Assembly (NCBI GenBank): GCA_965223905.1
Contig: CBDCXV010000011.1
Location: 1,760,001-1,824,000, forward strand
Reading direction: 5' to 3'
Source of the DNA: Candidatus Latescibacterota bacterium
Lineage (GTDB): Bacteria; Latescibacterota; UBA2968; UBA8231
DNA: 64,000 nt
The notes beneath the pieces were generated by a model. That model ran no database searches. It had not been told where the DNA came from and saw only the letters and a list, made by a program, of their open reading frames with translations. This document shows, piece by piece, positions 57,929 through 64,000 of the stretch. The position numbers and the translations under genes are program-made. Position 1 is the stretch's first letter. Every line of letters begins with the position of its first letter.

Positions 57929-58618
57929 TCAGGCCGATGCCGCCCAGTCGACATCGATTTCGTAAGAGAGGGGATCGCGGACCCCGTTGGCGCGGAACGC
58001 CGCTATGCGCTCGCTGCAGGCATCGCAGCGTCCGCACGCCGGCCGCCGCCCGGTGTAGCAGGTGTGGGTAAGCTCGTACGGGACCTGCAGGCGCCGCCCC
58101 TCGGCGATCACCCAGGCCTTCCACCTGTCGATCAACGGCGTGTGGATACGGTAGCGCCCTTCCTCGGCGGCGCCCAGCCCCAGAGTCTCCTCGACGCTGT
58201 CGTAAAACTCGCGGCGGCAATCGCGGTAGGCCTCGTAGTCTTCGCGCACCGCCGCAATGAACAGGTCGCGAATTCCGCGGGCCCCGGCGTACGCGGCACA
58301 GGCGGCGATGAACAGCAAGTTGCGGAACGGCACGACGGTGGCGCGCTGGCGCAACTCGTCGGCGTCTGGCACCTCGAGGGCGCCGTCGGTCAGCGGGTTT
58401 CCCCCGAGAGCGGACAGCAGCTCGAGGCCGAGCTCCTCGTGTCTTTCGACTCCGGCCCGGGCAGCGAGCTTGCGGGCGTACTCGAGCTCGACGCGATGGC
58501 GCTGGCCGTAGTCGATGGCGACCGTGTGGACCGGCCCCGGCCAACTGCCGCACACCTGCCAGAGACAGGTCGCCGAATCCATCCCGCCGCTGAGCAGGAC
58601 GGCGCAGGGAGCGGTCAC
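57929..58618 (-). CDS. queC: 7-cyano-7-deazaguanine synthase
   Basis: LLSGGMDS, YGQRH, VPFRN, YRDCR, CY...CGRCDAC. Start uncertain (GTG 58618 chosen). Confidence 0.88.
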   Translation of the reverse strand: MTAPCAVLLSGGMDSATCLWQVCGSWPGPVHTVAIDYGQRHRVELEYARKLAARAGVERHEELGLELLSALGGNPLTDGALEVPDADELRQRATVVPFRNLLFIAACAAYAGARGIRDLFIAAVREDYEAYRDCRREFYDSVEETLGLGAAEEGRYRIHTPLIDRWKAWVIAEGRRLQVPYELTHTCYTGRRPACGRCDACSERIAAFRANGVRDPLSYEIDVDWAASA

Positions 58619-58778
58619 GGCGCCTGCCGGGAGCGGTGCCGCGGGGAGCGCTGAAACGAGCCCGGGATTCTCAGGGGGAAGCGATAGCGGGCCGCCATGA
58701 GCCACCTGTTCATTCGTTGACGGCGCCGTACGGCGGTGATACGTTGGCATATCGATCGCGTATTGGCGGATTGCGACT

Positions 58779-59546
58779 GTGAACAGGGAAAAGAAAGAGA
58801 TCAATCCGATCGACTCCACTCTCGGAACGGAGAGCCATTCCTCCGGCAGGCTGCACGCTCTGCGCACCACGCTGATGGCCGGGGTCACGGTGATCGCCCC
58901 GTTGTGGATCACCGGCGCCGTGCTGCTGTGGCTGTTCAATGCCGCCGACCGCTTCTCGCGTCCGCTGGTCCGGCCGGTGGCGGCCCTGTTCGGAGACGCC
59001 GACTGGTATCACCGCGGCGTCGGCTTCGTCCTCACCTTCGCCATCGTCTGGGTCGTCGGTCTGATAGCCCGCAACGTGCTGGGACGCCGGCTGGTGCAGG
59101 ACGCGCGCGAAGCCCTCGAGCGCCTTCCGGTGGTGCGCACCATCTACTCGCCGGTGCAGAAGCTGATGGAGACGATGACCTCTCCCGACAGGGGCGGTTT
59201 CAAGCAGGTCATCCTGTTCGAGTATCCCCGCAGGGGGTTGTGGACCCTCGGGTTCGTCGCCGGGGACGTCCCCGGAGAGGGAGGCCTGCAGGCGGCGCAC
59301 AGCGTGTTCATTCCCACGGCCCCCAACCCCACCACCGGTTTCATGCTGATCATCCCCCTCCGCGAGCTGCGGCTCACCAACCTCACCATCGAAGAGGCCT
59401 TCCAGATGATCGTCTCCGCGGGTGCCGCGGTGCCGCTCAAGCTCAGTCTGCCCGCCGACATCGTGTCGCCCGGCGCACCTGCGGTGGAGGCGGATGTCGT
59501 TCGCGACGCCGCGGCCGCAGAGCTGAAACCGGACCCCTCCCCGTAG
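58779..59546 (+). CDS. DUF502 family membrane protein
   Basis: APLWIT, RLPVVRTIY, EYPRRG, VFIPTAPNPTTGF, IVSAG. Confidence 0.88.
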   Translation: MNREKKEINPIDSTLGTESHSSGRLHALRTTLMAGVTVIAPLWITGAVLLWLFNAADRFSRPLVRPVAALFGDADWYHRGVGFVLTFAIVWVVGLIARNVLGRRLVQDAREALERLPVVRTIYSPVQKLMETMTSPDRGGFKQVILFEYPRRGLWTLGFVAGDVPGEGGLQAAHSVFIPTAPNPTTGFMLIIPLRELRLTNLTIEEAFQMIVSAGAAVPLKLSLPADIVSPGAPAVEADVVRDAAAAELKPDPSP

Positions 59547-59700
59547 GAGACTCCTCTCGGCCAATCGTCACGGAGGCTCGCCGGCACGGAGCCCGTCGCT
59601 GGCTCAGGTCTTCCTGTCGCGAATCGCCCGGAGTCGTTCCCTGGCCGGCTGATCCAGCTGAAAACCGAAATCTGAACCTGTGGAGTGCTGCGGGCCGGCG

Positions 59701-61272
59701 CTACGCAGGCTGGGGAGCGACTTTGCGCAACTCGGGAGCCAGTGCCCCGTACTCGGCGAAGTGTTCCCCGAAGCGGCCGGCGAGCTCGCGCGCCTTGTCG
59801 TCGTATGCGTTGGGGTTGCGCCACGTCGACCTGGGGTCCAGCACCCCGCCCGGCACGTTCGGGCACTCTTTCGGCACCTGCAGCCCGAAGACCGGATCGA
59901 CCCGGCGTGGAACCGCTTCCAGGCGGCCGTCGAGGATCGCCGAGACGATGGCGCGCGTATAGGCGATGCTGATGCGCTCTCCCTCTCCGTAGGTCCCCCC
60001 GCTCCAGCCGGTGTTGACGAGCCAGCAGCTCGACCCGTGCCGGCTGAGGCGCTCGCCGAGCTGGCGCGCGTACCAGGTCGGGTGGAGCACCAGGAAGGGC
60101 CCTCCGAAACAGGGGGAGAAGGTCGCCGACGGCTCGCTGACGCCGCGCTCGGTCCCGGCCACCTTGGCGGTGTACCCCGAGAGGAAGTGATACATCGCCT
60201 GCTCGCCGTTCAGTTTCGACACCGGGGGCAGCACCCCGAAGGCATCGCAGGTGAGCATGACGACGTTGCTCGGATGGCCCCCGGTTCCGTCGAGGCTCGC
60301 GTTGGGAATGAAGTCGAGGGGGTAGCAGGAGCGGGTGTTCTCGGTCTTCGAGTCGTCGTCGAGGTCGACCCGGTGCGACTCCGGGTCGAGGACGACGTTC
60401 TCCAGCACCGCGCCGAAGCGATGCGACGCGGCGAAGATCTCCGGCTCCTGGTCCATTCGCAGGCGGATCGCCTTTGCGTAGCAACCCCCTTCGAAATTGA
60501 ACACTCCCCGGTCACTCCAGCCGTGCTCGTCGTCCCCGATGAGCTCGTACCGGGAGTCCGCCGACAGGGTGGTCTTGCCGGTGCCCGAAAGGCCGAAGAA
60601 GAGGGTCGAGTCCCCCTGCGGATTCTTGTTGGCGGAGCAGTGCATGCTCAGGACGCCCCGCTTCGGGAGGATGTAGTTCAACAGGGTGAACACCGATTTC
60701 TTGAGCTCGCCGGCGTAGTGTGTGCCGCCGATCAGGATGGTGCGGGCGGCGAAGTTGAGGACGACGAAGACCTCCGAACGCGTCTTGTCCCGCTCCGGCT
60801 CGGCGCGAAGGCCGGGGGCGTAGATCAGGTGCCAGTCCGGCTGAAAGGACGGAAGCTGTTGGCGAGGAGGCCGGATGAACATGTTGCGGGCGAACAGGCT
60901 GTGCCACGCCAGCTCGGTGACGACGCGCACCGACAGCCTGTAGACGGGGTCGGCGCCCGCGTACAGGTCCTGCACGAAGACATCCCGGCCCTCGAGATGG
61001 CCGGCGATCTTGCCGAGCAGCGAATCGAAGTCCCCGGCGAACTCGCGGTTGACGTCCCCCCACCAGATGTCCGCTTCCGAACCGGGGTCGCGGACGATGA
61101 ACTTGTCCTTGGGCGAGCGCCCGGTGTAGGCGCCGGTCTCGGCGACGATTGCCCCGTCGCGGGAGACCACGGCCTCCCCCCGCTGGAGGATTTCCTGGTA
61201 GAGGCGCGGTGGGCTCAGGTTGCGATGAACCTCACCCAGATTCCCCAAACCTGAATTTGCGAGCTCCGCCAT
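59701..61272 (-). CDS. pckA: Phosphoenolpyruvate carboxykinase (ATP)
   Basis: TGRSPKDK, YAGELKK, MHCSAN, GLSGTGKTTLS, LIGDDEHGW, FEGGCYAK. Confidence 0.96.
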   Translation of the reverse strand: MAELANSGLGNLGEVHRNLSPPRLYQEILQRGEAVVSRDGAIVAETGAYTGRSPKDKFIVRDPGSEADIWWGDVNREFAGDFDSLLGKIAGHLEGRDVFVQDLYAGADPVYRLSVRVVTELAWHSLFARNMFIRPPRQQLPSFQPDWHLIYAPGLRAEPERDKTRSEVFVVLNFAARTILIGGTHYAGELKKSVFTLLNYILPKRGVLSMHCSANKNPQGDSTLFFGLSGTGKTTLSADSRYELIGDDEHGWSDRGVFNFEGGCYAKAIRLRMDQEPEIFAASHRFGAVLENVVLDPESHRVDLDDDSKTENTRSCYPLDFIPNASLDGTGGHPSNVVMLTCDAFGVLPPVSKLNGEQAMYHFLSGYTAKVAGTERGVSEPSATFSPCFGGPFLVLHPTWYARQLGERLSRHGSSCWLVNTGWSGGTYGEGERISIAYTRAIVSAILDGRLEAVPRRVDPVFGLQVPKECPNVPGGVLDPRSTWRNPNAYDDKARELAGRFGEHFAEYGALAPELRKVAPQPA

Positions 61273-61379
61273 TGGTCCGACCGTTAATAACCATATGTAT
61301 TTTAAGCAGTTGGCCCACGTCGAGAATACGTAATTGCGGTTGTTGTGTCAAACCGTGGTGCCGAAAAAATCACACTATG

Positions 61380-61438
61380 TGCCAGATTGACAGGGGAGTC
61401 CATCGACAATACTGCCAGATCTATGCCATTCTGGCATA
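61380..61438 (+). promoter_or_regulatory. Putative activator (bEBP) binding sites upstream of the sigma54 promoter
   Basis: Inverted repeat TATGCCA-TTC-TGGCATA (61422-61438) plus related TGCCA-GAT-TGACA (61380-61392), about 85-145 bp upstream of the -24 box. Confidence 0.5.
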
Positions 61439-61522
61439 TCCACAAGGATTGACTTGCGACAATCATTCTCTGCAACCAGCAAGCGCAATGAAAACAAGGG
61501 GATACGGTGCCTATCCCGGCTC

Positions 61523-61538
61523 TGGCACGGCGATTGCA
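61523..61538 (+). promoter_or_regulatory. Sigma54 (-24/-12) promoter of hsp20
   Basis: TGGCAC-GGCGA-TTGCA matches the TGGCAC-N5-TTGC consensus exactly, 60 bp before the ATG. Confidence 0.8.
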
Positions 61539-61597
61539 GAACCTTGGTCGCGCAACAACGGCTGCAGAAGCCGAACTCAAACCAAAGGAGGTTCATC

Positions 61598-62050
61598 ATG
61601 TTGCCGACCATCTTTCGCCACTCCGTCCCCGGCCAAGCCGGCTTGCGGAGCCCGTTCCCCGGGCTCGCATCGCTCCACGATGAGTTCGACCGCCTCTTCC
61701 ATGGCGGCGGTTCGGACTTCGCCCATCTCCCGGCAGTCGACATCAGCTCGAACGAAGAGGGCGCCACCGTAAAGGCGGAGCTTCCGGGTTTCAAGCCCGA
61801 AGAGATCGACGTCGCTGTCGATGACGGGGTTCTGACTCTGACCGCCTCGCGCGGGGACGAGGATGAGAAGGAAGGGGAAACCTGGTACCGTCGCGAACGC
61901 CGCAACGGCAGGTTCGTCCGCCGCATCAGGCTTCCGTTCGGGGTCGAGGCGGACAAGGTCGAGGCCGGGTACCGGGACGGTCTGCTCACCGTCAACCTGC
62001 CGCGCGCCGTTGAGGAGCGGGGCCGGAAGATCGAGGTGAAGGCGGCCTGA
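61598..62050 (+). CDS. Hsp20/alpha-crystallin small heat-shock protein
   Basis: AAGGAGG RBS; PAVDI, AELPG, RERRNGRFVRRIRLP, YRDGLLTVNLPR. Confidence 0.93.
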   Translation: MLPTIFRHSVPGQAGLRSPFPGLASLHDEFDRLFHGGGSDFAHLPAVDISSNEEGATVKAELPGFKPEEIDVAVDDGVLTLTASRGDEDEKEGETWYRRERRNGRFVRRIRLPFGVEADKVEAGYRDGLLTVNLPRAVEERGRKIEVKAA

Positions 62051-62076
62051 CGGCGTCGCCGCGCCGCCCGTTTCAG

Positions 62077-62115
62077 CCGCGGGGAACCGCAACAGGTTCC
62101 CCGCGGTTCCTGTTT
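62077..62115 (+). terminator. Intrinsic terminator-like hairpin after hsp20
   Basis: Perfect 12-bp stem CCGCGGGGAACC-GCAACA-GGTTCCCCGCGG followed by TTCCTGTTT. Confidence 0.7.
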
Positions 62116-62179
62116 GATGGAGTCCTGTCTTTGGTCCACATTTTAACGACGGAACCGCTTTACGGAGGAGGTCGTTCGC

Positions 62180-62872
62180 ATGCCATTTTTCTTTTTCGAC
62201 TCCACCATGGTGCTGCTCATTCCCTGCATCCTGCTGGCTCTGTACGCTCAGTGGAAGGTCAGGCGTACGTACGGCGAGTTCAGCCAGGTCGCCTCCGCGG
62301 CCGGGATCTCGGGCGCGGAGACAGCGCGCCGCCTGCTGCGTGAGAACGGCATCTACGACGTCGCCGTCGAGGAGGTCGACGGGGTGCTGAGCGACCACTA
62401 CGATCCGCGCGACAGGGTGGTGAGGCTGTCGACCGGCATCTTCCGGGGCCATCACCTCGCCGGACTCGCCGTTGCCGCCCACGAGGTGGGACACGCCATT
62501 CAGCACGCCGGAGGCTACCTGCCGCTCAATCTCCGGCACTCGTTCCTGCCGATTGCCAACATCGGATCGACCGCAGCCTTCCCCCTCTTCATGATCGGCT
62601 TCTTCTTCAACCAGAGCGTCCCCTTTCTGATGGACGTGGGCATCGCCCTGTTCGCCGCGGTCCTCGCCTTTCAGGTGATCACCCTGCCGGTCGAATTCAA
62701 CGCCAGCTCGCGCGCCATGGCGCAGCTCGTCGATGGCCGCTACCTGGCGCCGCAGGAAGGGGTCCTCGCCAGGCGCGTCCTCAACGCCGCGGCCCTGACT
62801 TACGTCGCCGCCGCCGCCACCTCCCTGATGCACCTCGTGCGACTGCTGATACTGCGCGGCGACCGCGATTGA
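62180..62872 (+). CDS. Membrane zinc metallopeptidase (YugP-like)
   Basis: LSDHYDP, AAHEVGHAIQH (HExxH), TLPVEFNAS, LNAAALTYVAA. Confidence 0.92.
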   Translation: MPFFFFDSTMVLLIPCILLALYAQWKVRRTYGEFSQVASAAGISGAETARRLLRENGIYDVAVEEVDGVLSDHYDPRDRVVRLSTGIFRGHHLAGLAVAAHEVGHAIQHAGGYLPLNLRHSFLPIANIGSTAAFPLFMIGFFFNQSVPFLMDVGIALFAAVLAFQVITLPVEFNASSRAMAQLVDGRYLAPQEGVLARRVLNAAALTYVAAAATSLMHLVRLLILRGDRD

Positions 62873-63058
62873 CCGACAGGCAACCGACCTGAACCCGAAA
62901 ACCCGCGTACGACCGGTGCTGCCCAACGCCCGGAAGCCCATCGACGAGCCGCCTGAAGCTCCCGCTCCCGGGCGGAAAAGCCGGTTTCTCCCCGGCTGCT
63001 TCCCCCATCCCCGGATGCTTTTCGCTGCAACCGGATCTTTCGCGCAGGAGGGCACTGT

Positions 63059-63919
63059 ATGAAACCGGTGTGGATCGTTTTTGCCGCGGTCGGCTGGGCC
63101 GCCCTGGCCGCTGCCGACGTCTCCTACGTCGAGGAGATCGTCAACAAGGGTGTCGGCCCGAAGAAGACGGGGGCCCGCAAGACGACCAACCACGTGTACA
63201 TCCAGGGAGAGCGGCAGCGGGTGCACTCGCTGATCGAGACCTCGAAAAGCGGAGCGGAAGCGCTGCGCCGGCAGGGCGGGACCACCGACGGCAGCACCAT
63301 CCTTCAGCTCGACCGGGCAAACCTGTTGCAGATCGACCACACCCGGGCAACCTACTCCCGGGAATCGCTTCCCCCGGCCGGCACTTCCGGTGAAGCCGGG
63401 CCGGGCACCCCTCCGGCAGCCAAGGCGGCTGCTGGCGACCCCGACCGCGAAGTGGAATTCCGCACCCGCACCCTCGACGATACGAAACGCGTCGCCGGCA
63501 TCCTTTGCCGCCGGGTCGCCGCGGAGATGAAGGTCCAGCACTTCGATCCGGGAACCAGGAAAGTGCGGCGCCAAAATCGCTACCTGTACCAGGCCTGGGT
63601 GGCCGACGATTTCCCCGGATACCGGGATCTCCAGCGGTTTCAGGAGTTGCAGGCTCGCAAGACCTCTTATCCATCCCTGATTCGCTCCGGCATCGGGGGA
63701 GCCCCGGAAGCGATCACCGACTCCCAAAGCCTGCAGGAGGAACTCGACGCCCTCGAGGGCTTCCATATGCAGTCGGTCCTCAAAGTCTTCACCAGGCAGG
63801 GCGCGAAGAAGGAGAACCAGGTGTTCGAGCTCTTGCGAACGGTGAAGTCCCTTTCCAGCTCGGCCCTTCCCGATTCGCTGTTCGACGTCTCCGGCGGACT
63901 GACCCGCACGACCCGGTGA
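63059..63919 (+). CDS. Secreted hypothetical protein (DUF4412-like)
   Basis: GGAGG RBS, signal peptide, TKRVAGILC, C-terminal LPDSLFDV. Confidence 0.6.
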   Translation: MKPVWIVFAAVGWAALAAADVSYVEEIVNKGVGPKKTGARKTTNHVYIQGERQRVHSLIETSKSGAEALRRQGGTTDGSTILQLDRANLLQIDHTRATYSRESLPPAGTSGEAGPGTPPAAKAAAGDPDREVEFRTRTLDDTKRVAGILCRRVAAEMKVQHFDPGTRKVRRQNRYLYQAWVADDFPGYRDLQRFQELQARKTSYPSLIRSGIGGAPEAITDSQSLQEELDALEGFHMQSVLKVFTRQGAKKENQVFELLRTVKSLSSSALPDSLFDVSGGLTRTTR

Positions 63920-64000
63920 TGGCCTCCGGGGGAGCGTTTTCCGGAAGCAGGCGGCGAGTCCGCTGGCCCCGGGGCGCCTGATCGATGCGGCGTACAGCCA

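Noticed and set aside
57929-58618. queC as part of a QatABCD or Dpd-type defence or DNA-modification system
   Set aside because: It looks like a canonical-length QueC among housekeeping genes, with no TatD, ATPase or dpd neighbours.
58744-58760. Second sigma54-like box (TTGGCAT-ATCGA-TCGC) before the DUF502 gene
   Set aside because: GG-N10-GC spacing fits, but the -12 element is non-consensus and the leader would be under 10 nt; too weak to call.

Overview
GC-rich (roughly 65-70% by eye) bacterial chromosomal window. No rRNA, tRNA, CRISPR array, integrase or intact transposase was seen. The left ~39 kb is catabolic and accessory: enolase-superfamily enzyme, DUF5916 outer-membrane protein, two ureidoglycolate-lyase-like cupins, two sugar-phosphate isomerases, two Gfo/Idh/MocA oxidoreductases, two BNR/sialidase proteins, two DUF6785-type transporters, CRTAC1/ASPIC-UnbV protein, two tandem alkaline-phosphatase-superfamily enzymes, PhyH dioxygenases, hydantoinase A/B. 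This gene mix suggests a Latescibacterota/Poribacteria-like, possibly sponge-associated organism (inference only). At 39-45 kb is a plastic island: tandem AAA-ATPase/PD-(D/E)XK genes (one frameshifted) and a hicAB module between two ~585-bp direct repeats made of DUF5916 gene 3' ends. The right third is more housekeeping: coxE/coxD-like pair, moaA, a FolC-ATP-grasp fusion coupled to a PLP trans-sulfuration enzyme, two MFS transporters, FAH-family protein, WbpD-like acetyltransferase, creatininase-family protein, queC, DUF502, pckA, sigma54-driven hsp20, Zn peptidase. Most notable: (i) the FolC + ATP-grasp two-ligase fusion; (ii) at least five genes that keep their ends but have lost their middles; (iii) the repeat-flanked hicAB/DUF5916 cassette. 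All family assignments come from motif recognition by eye, not database searches.
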